A DNA stretch of 64,000 nucleotides from Zootoca vivipara (taxonomy: Eukaryota): positions 22,010,001 through 22,074,000 of the forward strand of contig NC_083288.1 of assembly GCF_963506605.1 (NCBI RefSeq), given 5' to 3'. Made by a program: the position numbers and the translations under genes. Of this stretch, positions 1 through 13,515 are shown in pieces (the stretch's first letter is position 1; each line of letters starts with the position of its first letter). Below the pieces are notes generated by a model that saw only the letters and a program-made list of their open reading frames with translations, ran no database searches and was not told the DNA's origin.

Positions 1-378
1 GAAATCAGTCATTAAAATAAACAATGAAAACAGGTTGCAGAATCCTGCTTTTCTTGTTAGAAAATATGGTGCATGGGGATATATCAGAACACATAATGCT
101 TTGAACAGAATTAACCGTATGCAGTAACTGTTAGAACAGAAAACACACCTGCTACCTTCTCCAACTCCCCATGTCATTTCCCATACAAACGGGACACACA
201 GAAACCCCCAACACCCATGACCCTTGAGAACAGCATGCACACACTTAATTCCACTGACCCCCAAGGCCATTTCCACCAACAGTATTGTGCGCATATGAGC
301 CACAGGAAACTTAACCTAGCGCAGACAAAACACCACACGCACAGAGTTGCCCTCATCCACTAAGAGGCACATACTCAC

Positions 379-693
379 CTGCGCACACAGCCTTACCCAA
401 AGCATAGTCAGGCTGCATTAGAGCCTGCAGACCACTAGAGAGCAGTTGGTATCTTCACTATCAGCAAGCCACTGGTTAATCCTACAGCTCCTGTAGTCCC
501 TTCCCTCTGGAAGGAAAAGCCTGGAATCTGATCCAACTTCCAAGCACCGGAAGACTCGGCAAACCACCAGAAGGGCTGCCTCAGTCGGCTGTATCTTTGC
601 AACAAGGAACCAGCCCCTAAGTCCAGTTTGACCGTCTGAGATGCTAGGGATGCCGTCCGAATATGACATAGGTCTTTGGCTGAACCAGTCATG
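379..693 (-). other. Candidate exon of an unidentified minus-strand gene
   Basis: Minus-strand acceptor atttaccttccatag|C at 693. Two donors: TGG|gtaagg (exon end 397) and CAG|gtgagt (exon end 379). The sequence looks unique and encodes no recognisable protein. Confidence 0.3.
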
Positions 694-1067
694 CTATGGA
701 AGGTAAATGGTTCCCTTGAGCCTGACCATCATTTCACAGGATTATATGAAGTTAAAAGAGAGTGAAAGGCAACAGAGTCCCACCAAGCCTCCCACAAGTG
801 ATCCCAGCAATCTGGAACGTTAAACGGGGTTGAGCATATGCCACAATTCCTTTGGAGAGCAGGAAAAGAGAGGAATGTAGTATTGGATGCAGAATTACGC
901 TTTCTGAAATAGCTCAGTTTCCCTTAAATAAAAAAAGGGCAAGTTTCTAGCACTGCTGGTTGCAAAGTCATGTCTACTGTAATCTTAGGCTAGAGATGTG
1001 ACTGCAGTACTGTACATAAAATTTTCAGTTTAAGGGGTGAAGGTCAGTGTTTAGCAAAACCAGAATC

Positions 1068-1070
<3 letters not shown>

Positions 1071-1121
<51 letters not shown>

Positions 1122-1128
1122 CTATATA
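1071..1128. repeat. Compound (CT)n/(ATCT)n microsatellite
   Basis: Direct reading. Confidence 0.95.
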
Positions 1129-1223
1129 TGCAAAATTGCTGGATAACAAGCTGCAGAATTCACATGAAGGGAGCATTGTGGGCAGGTTATCACAGGGTAA
1201 GCCTGTCTAAACAACTATCTGAC

Positions 1224-1361
1224 TTTTAGAAGACATCTGAAGGCAGCCCTGTTTACGGAAGTTTTTAATATTTGATGTTTTACTGTGTTTTTAATATCCT
1301 GTTGGAAGCCACCCAGAGTGGCTGGGGAGGCCTGACCAGATGGGCGGGGTAAAAGTAATAA

Positions 1362-1406
<45 letters not shown>
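1224..1406 (+). mobile_element. L2 LINE 3' end with (ATT)n tail
   Basis: agacatctgaaggcagccctgttt...cccagagtggctggggag...ccagatgggcggggt followed by (ATT)n. Matches the 3' end of the long L2 at 15857-18135 and the copy at 53396. Confidence 0.85.
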
Positions 1407-1407
<1 letters not shown>

Positions 1408-2534
1408 GCCTTGAGGAATGCTCCACAGGAAGAGAACACTCACACCCTCAACGGGGTCATCAACCTTTATGATCAGGAAGACCATTCCTTTCCAAATTCA
1501 ATTACTGAAGATGCTACTGAACAATACCTACTAGTGTTCATAAACTCATCCTGGGGCTTATTAGCTTAGGGGGTGCTACAGATCCTGCAAAATAAATAAA
1601 TAAATAATTCAGGGGGAGCCCTGTAAACATTTTTTTTAAATCCAAATAACAAAATTTTACATGCTAGGTTATAAATGATGCATTTTATGGTGTTAAAGTA
1701 GTAAAATTAGATTAGTTTTACTGTAATTAGAAAGTTAAATACTGAGTACATTTCCTCCAAAAGTTCTCTCACCAAGAAACTCCATGCAAACCCATACCGC
1801 GAGGTTTCAAAATTCACAGAAATTTTACATTTCTAGTTACATGCATTTCCTAAGTGGCATTTCAATCCAGGATGTATCCAATCTCATCTGTTATGTATTA
1901 AAGATTCTTGAGCTGCAGCTGTGCAAATGTCAGAACCGCCGACATACCCGGAAACCTACTGCAATAAAAAAGGCAGCTTTATGCTGATCCCCTTGACCTT
2001 GAAAGCCTCACCTTCCACACTTGAGCCATAATGAAAATACAGTCAGAATAGCCAGTGCTGATGTGTCAAATCCAGACTAAGTTAGTTGCGCTTTGATTCT
2101 GCTTAAATCAATGCACTAAGTACATTTCCCACCTGCCCCCCCAATATCCACAGTAAGTGTTGCGAACCTTTGGCCCTCCAAATGTTGCTGAACTCAAGCA
2201 CAATTCCCATCCTCCCTGGCCACTGCCCATGCTTCCTAGGCCTGATGGGAGAGCCCCACACTTGATCTACAACATGAGACATTATGGAGAGGCTGCCCTC
2301 TTCCAGGCAATGGTGCAGTCAGGGAATTACAGTCTCACGCGGGAGAGAAGCATCTAATTAGAAAGCATTATATATATCCTTCAATTACTTTAAATGTGGT
2401 AAGCCAACTTTTCTGCGTTTGGGTTTCCTCATGCTCATTCTGCAGAACTCTGAACCTTCTGCACCAAAGTTCTGCCCTGATGGCACCACTACCTCCAAGA
2501 ATGTCTCGTGGCTTTTCACATGTACAGCCAGGAA

Positions 2535-2830
2535 GGCTCCCGCTGCTCTACCCCAGCTCCTGCCAACCTAGCAGTTCGAAAGCATTCCAGTGCAAGTAGA
2601 TAAATAGGTACTGCTGCGGTGGGAAGGTAAACGGTGTTTCTGTGTGCTCTGGTTTCCGTCACGGTGTCCTGTTGTGCCAGAAGTGGTTTAGTCATGCTGG
2701 CCACATGACCTGGAAAGCTGTCTGTGGACAAATGCTGGCTCCCTCGGCCTGAAAGTGAGATGAGCGCCGCAACCCCATAGTCGCCTTTGACTGGACTTAA
2801 TCGTCCAGGGGTCCTTTACCTTTAGCTTTA
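2535..2830 (+). mobile_element. Sauria SINE (Squam1 type), 5'-truncated
   Basis: ctcctgccaacctagcagttcgaaagca...gcaagtagataaataggtac...gtcatgctggccacatgacc...gtcctttacctttag; (ACCTTT)-type tail. Confidence 0.9.
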
Positions 2831-3954
2831 GGCCCATAAAAACCATGGGATGTTGGCAAAGTGTGACATGCAAAGAGAGAGAAGGGAAAAGCCTTATCCA
2901 AACTGCATGGCGTGTTTTTTTGTGTGGGTGTATCCTGCAACACGCCACTGACACAATAACAGTGCATTAGCAGAGGATTTCTACTGATGTATCCACACAT
3001 TCTGCTTTATTAGTTGTTCTGTGATGCTTCCCCAATGTTACTTTATTATGCTCATCTAGAAGGAGACCACTCGCACTGCAGCGCAACAAAAGCGGGGAAA
3101 TGCACACACATATACACCGGAACATTTGCAGTATAAATAGGTACAGGATTTCAGCAGGAAGCTATGGGACATGCACCAATTCAAAATGAAGCAGGAGGTC
3201 TGCCACCAAACTTTTGTAGGCACAAAGAGTTGTGAAAGCAGGATCATGTGTAACCAGCCTGATATCATCATGAGCAAAGGACATCTAGAGGAACTGAGAA
3301 GGAGGGGGGCTATTCCTTCTGCAGCCTCCTTTGCTTTCTTCTTCTTTGGCGATCACTCGCAGCCGAGTAAGATTGTCTTCCATAAACACAGTTTTAACAG
3401 TGAGTCTGTAAGTGACTGTGGAGGCCAATTCTGGATCCACATGTCCTTCCACAGTGGGGACATTGGTTTCCAGGTGGGAGTTGATCACGGTGTGGATTTG
3501 CCAAGCGTGCCTTCCTCTTAGCACGTTTCTCCCTTGTGTCCTGAGTTCGAGTGTCTTCAAAGCCCATGACACCTTTGGTAAAGCCTGTTCTCCAACAGGA
3601 GCACTCGCAGGCCAGTGTTTCCCAGTTGTCAGTGTTTATACTACTTTTTTTATAAAAAAAATTGCCTTGAGACAGTCTTTAAACCTCTTTTGTTGACCAC
3701 CAGCATTTTTAAGTTCACAATAGAGTAGGTGCTTTGGAAGACGATCATCAGGCATCCGCACAACATGACCAGTCCAACGAAGTTGATGTTGAAGAATCAT
3801 TGCTTCAACACTGGTGATCTTTGCTTCTTCCAGTACACTGATATTAGTTCGCCTGTCTTCCCAAGTGATGTGTAAAAATTTTTTGGAGACACAGTTGATG
3901 GAATCTTTCGAGGAGTTGGAGATGGTGTTTATAAGTGGTCCATGTTTCACAAAC

Positions 3955-4336
3955 AAGTGGTGCCTCGCAAGACGAATTTAATTCGTTCTGTGAGTCCATT
4001 CATTTTGCGAAAAATTCATCTAGCGAATCCCATAGGAATGCATTGAATTTTTTAAATTTATTTTTTGCCCATAGGACATAGCTGCCAAGTTATCCCTTTT
4101 TTAAAGGGATTTCCCCTTATGCTGAATAGGCTTCCTCATGAGAAAAGGGAAAACTTGGCAGCTATGCCATAGGAACGCATTAATTGAATTTCAATGCATT
4201 CCTATGGGAAACTGCGATTCGCTAGACGAATTTTTCACAAAATAAATTCATCTTGCGAGGCAACCTCCGATCGCAAAACCCATTCTTCTAGCGAAAAATT
4301 AGTCTTACAGGGCATTTGTCTAGCGAGGCACCACTG
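3955..4336. mobile_element. Tc1/Mariner (Tigger-like) MITE inserted in the RTE LINE
   Basis: Terminal inverted repeats (TIRs) agtggtgcctcgc / gcgaggcaccactg; TA after the right end; internal inverted repeats (cccataggaatgcattgaa / ttcaatgcattcctatggg). Confidence 0.8.
4077..4166. mobile_element. 90-bp hAT-type MITE, copy 1
   Basis: TIR catagctgccaagtt/aacttggcagctatg; perfect 8-bp TSD ccatagga (4069-4076, 4167-4174). Confidence 0.9.
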
Positions 4337-6174
4337 TATAGTGAGGTTGGTAGTACAATAGCTTTGTAAACAAGCATTTTGGTTTCCCTGCAAATGTCCC
4401 AGTCCTCAAACACTCTGCACTTCAATCGGGAGATAGCCGCACTCACAGAGCTCAGGCAGTGCTGAATTTCGGCATCAATGTTGGCTTTACCGCCACCTTC
4501 TGAATGGATTCCCAAAGCTTAAAAAGAGCCTTTTGGTTTGGGAGGCAGCTGACTGGCAACTGGTGCCAAACGCCTGGAGAAAGCAACCCTAAGATGCCTC
4601 TTTGATCCTTTGTCTTGCCAGGGAATGAGGCCATTTTCTCTTCTCCTTCCTCTCTCATTGTGCTTTTTAATTCAAGGTCTCCAAGGCCTGGGGTGAGAGA
4701 GACAGAGTGGGAAGAGGAGGAGGAGGGAGAGATGACACAAACGTTTAAGCTTTCACAAGAGTCTCATTCCACAAGGGTTGGCAAGAGAGGGAGCAATGCC
4801 CAATTCCAGGAAAGCAACAGGCGCCTCTACTGTCCTCCATCCATCAAGGGCTGTCATTGTTTTGACCCTTTTTGTCCAGTTTCTTGTCCCCTGGCTTCCA
4901 CTCAAGTGCCATTCTTTGGCTTCTGACGCACGAGCTTGCAAGTTTTGCAAAGGTGGCAAGTGAGGGTGGAGGTCTTCTTTACTGGGCTTCTGTACAGCAC
5001 CAGTACCACTGTGATCTACATAATGAAATAACCCAAACAACAAAAGAACCAGGGAAGGAACTCTTGTGGGGTTGGCGCCGGGCATTGTGGAACTAAAGCC
5101 TGGAGTTCTTCAGCTTCAGCTTCATCTCACAGCCAAAAGCCTCAACCAAACACCCAACCTGAAAGGCCTGACCAACGTTGAGCTTCTCTGTTGGCTTCAG
5201 AATCTCTTAGGTCAAAACTCTTGATTGGCTGCTCACCCTCTGTAAAGTCTTCCATGCCAGATCAGAACTAGCCCTGACGATTCAGTTGCTCTCCACATCC
5301 ATCAAACCATGCTTTCCTTATTTCATTATGATGTTTTGAGGCACTGTGGTAGGGATATGGCTTCCTAATCCTTATGGGAACCTCAGATGCAGCAGGCGGG
5401 CAAATGCAATTAGGACTCTGCAATGCAACCTGAGTAAACCACACAGAAAACCCAGATTTTTTTTTTAAAAAAAAACAACACTTATTTTCCACTCTTACAC
5501 AGACTTACACAAGTCTCCCGTTAGCCAAGCCTGCTCAGCTTCAGCAGCATCACAGCATCGTATTTTCCCAGACCATTCACTGGGTCATAGAAACTTAAGA
5601 GAAAAAAAACAGGGCCAACAATCTACCTGATACAGAACTATGGTTGGTTGAGGGTTTTTTTTGGGGGGGGGGTTCCACTATTGATGGCATCTGGGAATAC
5701 CAGAATGCACTGCCACACAGGATTCACTTATTAATTTTCAGAGAGTTATTTCAGGGAATAAATAGTGGTAGCACCACCAGGCCAACACAGGTGACTTCAG
5801 GCCGTGGCTGTGTTGAGGATCATGGAAGAACGTGTTTAGTAGATAAAAGCAAAACCCACAAGAAACTATATGCTACCTCCAGAAAGAGAGGCCACAACAT
5901 GCCTGGGAATACCACTCACCGGAGAACTACAGTGGGAGGGGGCTTTTGCCTTCATGTCCTGCTTGGGAGCATCCTGTTGGCATCTGCTTGGCTATTATGG
6001 GTAGGATACTGAACTAGATAGGCTGTTGGTCTGAACCAGGTACAATCTTCGTAGGTACAATTTGGACCTACAATTTCCCCCAGGAGAAGCTATTTTAAAG
6101 TATCACCATCCAATTCACTAGGTTTCTCCAACTAAGGCTGAATGCTGAATCTTCCCTTGCTATGTCATTCTCTC

Positions 6175-6177
<3 letters not shown>

Positions 6178-6248
<71 letters not shown>
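6178..6248. repeat. (AG)n microsatellite
   Basis: Direct reading. Confidence 0.95.
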
Positions 6249-6251
<3 letters not shown>

Positions 6252-6264
6252 AGAAATAGATTGA

Positions 6265-6354
6265 CATAGCTGCCAAGTTTTCCCTTTTCTTGCGAGGAAG
6301 CCTATTCAGCATAAGGGAAAATCCCTTTAAAAAAGGGATAACTTGGCAGCTATG
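6265..6354. mobile_element. 90-bp hAT-type MITE, copy 2
   Basis: Same TIR; perfect 8-bp TSD tagattga (6257-6264, 6355-6362). Confidence 0.9.
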
Positions 6355-9300
6355 TAGATTGAAAAACAATATGAGCGACTATGTTGAGTTCGGAGCAGAT
6401 GAGAGAAAATTGTTCCAAGCAAGGTGAACTGCAAAGAAATAAACTGCAGCAGTGCTGTAACGAAAAGAGCACCCGTGAGAAAACAAAAATTAGCCAGGAT
6501 AATCTTTCACAAAACATGCCTTTGTTCATTTGTTCTAACGATTGTCATTTACGTTGAATTATTTACATGGCATTTATCTATGCATCTGCTTTCTGGTCCC
6601 TGTTAAACATAAGAGTATTGTGCATTCAGCAGTAGCATCACAATAACTCAAGCGTTTGGGAACAGAGGCAAATAGGTCTGGGGTGCCACTCGCCTTGGAC
6701 ACAAGGCACTGGGTCAGCAGCACCTGCTACTCAAAGCGAGAGCAGCCTGAAGACAAACAGATAAGGCAAGTGAGAGGGGAAGACAAGAGTGCTACACAGC
6801 TTCCCTGCTCCCATTGAATGGGAGAAGCATGACAAAGACGACTAAGGCTGTGTACACACTATTCTTTTAATGCACATTCAAAGCACATTTATTCCTCCAT
6901 CAATGAATTCAGGGCACTAGGGTAAACTACAGTGCTCCAAATTCTTTGAGAAGAAAAACGTGCTTCAAAGATATAGTGTGTACATAGCCACAGAGTTAAG
7001 GAATACAATGCCTCCTGGGACAAACTGAGTGCTGTTATTAGCCATATTGAAGCCCGAGGTGTATCACTCAACCATTTCCTCCCTATGGTACAAATCCTAC
7101 CTGTATGCCTGGGCAAGTTGCATTACTAGAAGTGTCAGATCAGGACTGCATTGGAACTAGGCCCCTTTGGATGAGGACAGTGAAGACACGCTGCCCCTGT
7201 ATGTCTTTGGGACAATACTGTACTCTATTTGCTGGTACAGGCAGCAAGTGAGCCTGTTTAGTAGGAAACAGGGAGTGTTGAAGTCTTTGCCTTTTCAGGG
7301 ATCTGACTAGCTAGGCCAGCTAGCATGCATCCTATTGGTTGTTGGGACTACGGTATATAAAGGCAGCTGCAGAAAAGTGGAAATTATCAATGCAAAGCGA
7401 TGGCTGTTTTGTTGTGTATAATAGGATTGGAAACCAAGCAAATAAACACCATGTAATCTATATTTCTAAATCTGAAAACCCAGGACCATTTGAGCCACAA
7501 AATATGCCACGGCTGAGCCATAAAACATGTAAGAACGAAACTACATGGTACATTAAAGATGAAGCTGCATCTCTCTTTGTTGATCTAATCCTGCAATGCA
7601 CAGGGAGGGTAAGTTTAACACACACGCCCAAACTGTAATCCCTACAATAGCACCCAGCTCACTGGGAGCTCCCTACTTCCTGGCTAACTGCAGTATAGGG
7701 TGAGGGGAGGACTGGCTATCTTCACTAGGGTTGTGGTCTGGGAGGGAAGGGTTAAACTTCCCCTTCCTGCTTGCCACGGTTCTGATGAAAATCACATCCA
7801 CACAGTTTAGGATTAATGTTGTTTGGCATTTTCTTTTCTTTCCCTTTTAAAAAAATACAGATATAATTGCATGCCACACATTTAATAAAAAGTCTCATTT
7901 ATCCCAAACAACTGCAATAATCACCACGCATCTAAGCACAGAGAGGCAGGCCCACATTGGCTTCAGCCCTGTTAAATCTCATTTTTTTTAAAAAAAGTAT
8001 GCAGATTAAACCACTTGGAACATGAGCCCATTGCTCAGCTCAACAACAATGAAACACCAGAGAAATGCCTCTGAACATATGGAGTGTGTGTCACTCGCTA
8101 TTGGATAACCAGCATACGTCCTGGAACTGAGGGGACATTTTTCAGGTCTGAGATTGCCAATGGTGTAAGCAGTATGGGGTGGGAAGGATTCTTTTGCAGG
8201 TGTCTTGCAGCCCCACTCATCCTCCTTTAACTCATATTGCACCACCTACTTCTTTAAAAGTAACTGATGCGATGTTATGTTATATGCCAGCGGTTGTAAA
8301 ACTCACTTTTCCTATAGACCAGTTGAAGATTGGTGAACTGCTTCATCATGTTCCATGCCTGTTGAAGCAAGTGCGATGCTAGGTGCTGTGCGACTGTTTT
8401 TATTGCTTCTTTTGTTTCTTATATTTTATTTTACTGTGTTGCGATTTGAATGCCATATAATTCAAACTCAATTAAAAATCAATGTGGATATTTAATGCAG
8501 ACATTCCATGGACCACCTGTATGAAGCTTGTGGACCACCTGTGGTCCACAGGCCACAGTCTGGGAACACGTTTTGTATACAGAAAAGAACAGTATGTGTG
8601 GGCACATATAGCGCGCCTTCTACTCAGCGCTAAGTAACTGCAGTTTGTGATTTCTTCCCAACATCCCTCAAGTGATGAACTAGGGCTTCCTTCTACATCA
8701 GGTGGCCAGATTCAAATATTGACCACAGCCTGAGAACTTCCTGGTGGCACTCTGAGGGTACAATCCCAAAATGTTTTGAGGTGTGTATTATTAATTATAT
8801 TTGCATCCTGCCTTTCTTCCAAAGAATTCAGGGCAGCATAATGATGTCCCCTCTTTCACTTCATTTGTGGGGATTTGAACCTGGGTCTCCTCAGTCTTAG
8901 TCCGACACTCTAACCACTATACCACAATGGCTCTAAGTTCCCCATCCAGCACCACTGCTACTATCCAGCAGTCCATGCCTGATTATTCCTGCGCACTTGC
9001 TTCACTTGGGGTTGAATTTTGCAAGGAATCTTGAGTTCAGACACCACCTCCTGCCTTATAAATTAAAAGCATTTTAAGATATTGAAGAAGCATCCTAAAA
9101 GAGCTGTGGAATCTGGAGATTTTTCAAGGGCTCAGAGAATAGAGATACTGATCATGCATACAGGAAGGGGGAGCTGAAAGAAATAGATGGTCCATCATAT
9201 TATCTTCTAAAACTAAGGTCTGATGGTTCAGTAAGGAAAATAGGTAGGAGACCTGCAAGGCGGTATCAAGAATCAACCGGGAGGTTGTCAGATTTTTTTC

Positions 9301-10269
9301 CTCCTTTGCGAAGAAGGAAGGAGGGAGAGATTCTCAATAGCATTGTCCTTGAGTGTCCTTTACCAGCTTTTTACACGCAGTGCAGTGGATGAGAAAGGAT
9401 TGAAAAATCCCCAAATGCTCTTTTTGTTGATTTCCCTTCATCCCTCCCCACGCCCTCTCTCATTCCTGTGTGCTAACTAAAGCAAGAAAGGGAGGAGGAA
9501 ACATTCAGAAAAGGAAATGAAAAGGTAGGAAGGCGGGGGTGGCTAATTTCATTCACTTTATCAAAGACTTTTAAAGCAAGCTAGTTAAAAATAGAAGGTA
9601 AGGAAGGAACTGGGGTGTTGTGAGAGGGTAAAGCATGAAGCCCAAACTCAGGGTCTTTTGCCCAGGATCTCCAGCCCCAAATCACCCCTTTAAACTTTTT
9701 TTTCTTTCCTTTGCTTACAGCGTGTCTGAGTGTGTTGCAAAATGCTGAGACCTCATCTACCCATCATATGAATTTGCTTGAAGAGAAAGCATGCATAACA
9801 CCCTATATAATGTATGAACAGGATTGTAGCTTAAGTTGCATTTTGTATTAATGACGATCATGTTATGTGAGCTGCCTTGGGCACCTCATGCTGAGGCAAA
9901 AACGCAAGACAGAGAAATGTTTTAAATAAATAAATCAGCCACTCGTATACCCAGCATGGATAAGTTGCATCCAATTTGCTCAAAATGCACAAGGATTGGG
10001 GCTTTTGCATTTCAGAAACTTTGAGATTTCAGACTGGTTTTTTTATTGGGAGAGTTTTTGCTTTGCCTTTTTCTTTCTCTCCTTTTCTTTTTATACAGAA
10101 AATGCCTCTCTACTCAGCCATAGATTTCAAATTCTTAAGCAATGAAAGCAAAATCCTTCTCAGCACTTTGCTCATGCTTGCCCTGGTTTTGCAGGAGGGG
10201 CACCAGCAGAAAGTATGTATAAGTCCAGTGATGGTGCAGGGGGAGAGCCTGTCTTGCAGACCTTCTTGG

Positions 10270-10410
10270 AATCATAGAATAGAATCATAGAATCAGAGAG
10301 TTGGAAGAGACCACAAGGGCCATCCAGTCCAACCCCCCTGCCAAGCAGGAAACACCATCAAAGCATTCCTGACAGGTGGCTGTCAAACCTCTGCTTAAAG
10401 ACCTCCAAAG
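10270..10410 (-). mobile_element. CR1 LINE 3' end
   Basis: gaatcatagaat tail plus gagttggaagagaccacaagggccatccagtccaacccc; near-identical to the start of 24646-25305. Confidence 0.85.
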
Positions 10411-11187
10411 GAGGGGGAGGAGGCACACACCCCTTGAAAAACAAAATCTGGAGAAAGAAATGGCAGGACGTAGCTGAAGAAGAAGAATTGGTGACCTTGC
10501 TCCTATTCATCATTATATTATCTGATATTTATTGTGGTGGAGAAACACATCCTGGGAATAATGTGCAAAAACGAAAAGCAATGCCAAAAATTGATTAGAC
10601 ATTGATGAGGGGTGGGATTGTGTCCCTTGGCATCTCTGATGCTCTGTGTATTATTATAACAACTGCACTGCAATGGCACCCACAGCAAGAGCAATGGCAA
10701 TGGAGAAGCAAGAGAACTGCATTGAACCAGGAAAACTGCAGGAGGATATATGTTCACAAAGAGGGTAGACCCAATACGTTTCAGTCCCTGAGGCAGAAAC
10801 CTGAAATGGCACTCGGCATTTTAACTGGCATGGGCTGCAGTCGACAGAAAGTTGCCCTGTGGAAGTCCCATTGCATGGGGTTTGCGCAGCTCCCACGTAG
10901 CTGAATGGAGCTTGTAATGGAGAATGCCACACAGATCTGAATCCTTCTCCATCTCCAGGGCCGGCCCTACCATTAGGCACAGCAAACAAGCTGCCTGAGG
11001 CAGCCAATTTTAGAGGTGTCATGAAACGACAGAAAGTTTCTAGTTATCACATTTATTTTCATTGTATTTTTACTACCAGGATAGATATTCAAATAATTTG
11101 CCCAGCTTTGTTGGGTAGTACCGGTAGTCACCATGACTTGGGGGCAGGTGTGGCTGCCATTTGCTATTCTGCCTCAGGTATGGTGGT

Positions 11188-11586
11188 GATGATGATGATG
11201 ATAATTTATTTATACCCCACCCATCTGGGCGGCTCCCAATCGAATATTAAAAACAATACAGCATTAAATGTTAAAAACTTCCCGAAACAGGGCTGTCATC
11301 AGATGTCTTTTAAAAGTAGGATAGTTGCTTATTTCCTTGACATCTGATGGAAGAGCGTTCCACAGGGCGGGTGCCACTACTGAGGAGGCCCTCTGCCTAG
11401 TTCCCTGTAGCCTCACTTCTCACAATGAGGGAACCGCCAGAAGGCCCTCAGTGCTGGATCTCGGTGTCTGGGCTGAACGATGGGTGTGGAGACGCTCCTT
11501 CAGGTATACAGGACCGAGGCCGTTTAGAGCTTTAAAGGTCAGCACCAACACTTTGAATTGTGCTTGGAAATGTACTGGGAGCAATA
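11188..11586 (-). mobile_element. L2 LINE 3' fragment
   Basis: Translates LPVHFQAQFKVLVLTFKALNGLGPVYLKER; L2 3' UTR and (ATC/ATT)n tail. Confidence 0.9.
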
Positions 11587-13222
11587 TTAGGCTGTCATCC
11601 CTTTGCCTTTCATCTGACTGCTGCTCTTCTCTTTGCCCCTTATCTACAGCCTGAACTGGTACCACCGGGGTGTGGGGGGGTGGAACTTTTATCATCTCAT
11701 TCTGCTGAGCCTCAGGGCTAAGTGGCCCCTAGTGGGCCCAGGGGAAGGGGAAAGGGCACAACTTGTCCACAAATTCCACAACCGTTCCTACCCCTCTGCC
11801 ACGCTTGCTAGTACAGACCTCGGGAAAGGCCCTCAACGATGCCTTAGAGCCAGCAGACACCACTCCACTTGGCCTGCGCAATGTCTTTTTAATGAGCCAT
11901 ATAATGCTCTTCAAATTATGTTGGAATCATTAATTTTTCCAAAATGAGACAGATTCCCCCTCAAATCCTGAGGCGATGCCAAGGCGACTTCTTGTGCTCC
12001 TAAGCGCTCTCTCTCTCTCTCCCTCTCTTCTGCTCTCCGTTTTTATGACTGTGCCGGGGCTCTTTGGTATAGCCCAGTGCTGCCGTTGGCCTTTGCACAC
12101 TCACACAAATGAGCCGGCATGAACTCATCCCTCTCTTTTGTCTCTTCTTCTTCTTCTTTCCACGTCTTTCCTCCCTCTTTTTTTTTAAAGAAAGGTGGGG
12201 GGGGGGGGCAGACAGGAAAGCAAAGCCCGGAAGCATGAAAGGAAAGGATTCTTAACCGAACGGGTCAGCAGCAGTGACAGGCCTCAAATGGATGAGTGCG
12301 GGCGGAGGATGGAGGCGCATACAGATATCCAAAGGCGCCAGAAGCCAGTAAACAGTGGGAGAGATGCAAGTGCCAAAGACAGAGTCAAGGAAGAAAACAG
12401 CCCCAGCGCTCTCCCCAACTTGATTACGATGGCTTCTGGGGCATGCCAAACACTGGGTAGTCCATGCTAGCAGGGACCACCATCTTATTCCATTATTTAG
12501 TAAGCCCAGCTCTCTTTAATTTTAAAAAAAATATCACAGCGGCAAGTAGTTCAACATGGATTCATTAGCGCAGCACAAATTCAAAACAATGCAGGTGAAC
12601 AAAGTAAAAACAGCAGCACGTTGTCAGGCCAGGGCGGCAATGACAAGCCTTTACGTGGGAAGAAGTCCCATTAAACTCAGCGGGACTTCGCTCTCAAGTA
12701 AACATGTGCCGGGTGAGGCTGCTGCACACCACTAGAAACTTGCCTAAGTAAACAAGCTGTTCCTCCTGTCTCTGAAATGTGGCTTGTGCTGGACTTTCTC
12801 TGCGAAAGAAATCCCCATCAAACTCAGGTCACTTCCAGACATCCTCTTTATTGAACGTTCCTTCTAAATTCTTTTCAGGGAGTGGGACAATTAGCTAATT
12901 TTATACTCTGTACTTAACAGGTCCCGTCCCCCCAATATCTTTAGATGGAAAGCCGGTCCAAGCCGGTCCTTGTGCATTTGGGGGCCCTCCTATTAACTCG
13001 GCTGAACTGGGTCTGAGACTTCTGCCCCAAAGTCCTGCCCTGATGGTGCCATCGCCTTCCAAACTCTCCTCACCTTCCCATGCTCACACTGCTACCTGTT
13101 TCTATTTCCCGAGTTCTGACCTTGGTCTGCCCCGACTACCTGCTATTCCTGATTCAGTCCATGAGTGTCCACAGGGCAGGTCTATTGACCCACCTCTCAG
13201 GAGTCACAATCCCCACATCCCT

Positions 13223-13515
13223 GTTGTTGTTTAGTCGTTTAGTCGTGTCCGACTCTTCATGACCCCATGGACCAGAGCACGCCAGGCACTCCTGTCTTGC
13301 ACTGCCTCCCGCAGTTTGGTCAAACTCATGTTCGTAGCTTCGAGAACACTGTCCAACCATCTTGTCCTCTGTCGTCCCCTTCTCCTTGTGCCCTCCATCT
13401 TTCCCAACATCAGGGTCTTTTCCAGGGAATCTTCTCTTCCCCTGAGGTGGCCAAAGTATTGGAGCCTCAGCTTCACGATCTGTCCTTCCAGTGAGCACTC
13501 AGGGCCGATTTCCTT
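13223..13515 (-). mobile_element. BovB (RTE) LINE 3' fragment
   Basis: ECSLEGQIVKLRLQYFGHL...SLEKTLMLGK.EGTRRRGRQRTRWLD...WRALVHGV.KSRTRLND; (CAA)n tail; possible 7-bp TSD catccct (13216-13222, 13522-13528). Confidence 0.92.

Larger units (their letters stand above)
3336..4490 (-). mobile_element. RTE-clade LINE 3' fragment (degenerate), interrupted by nested MITEs
   Basis: ORF pieces ETKMLVYKAIVLPT.LY, WEDRRTNISVLEEA and QLRWTGHVVRMPDDRLPK..LY.EL...GGQQKRFKD; C-terminal CPHC...H zinc-finger-like segment; short (AAG)n tail. Confidence 0.85.

Noticed and set aside
4753-5254. 110-aa ORF and the short MEDFTEG... ORF as coding exons
   Set aside because: No recognisable homology and no coherent splice-site pair.
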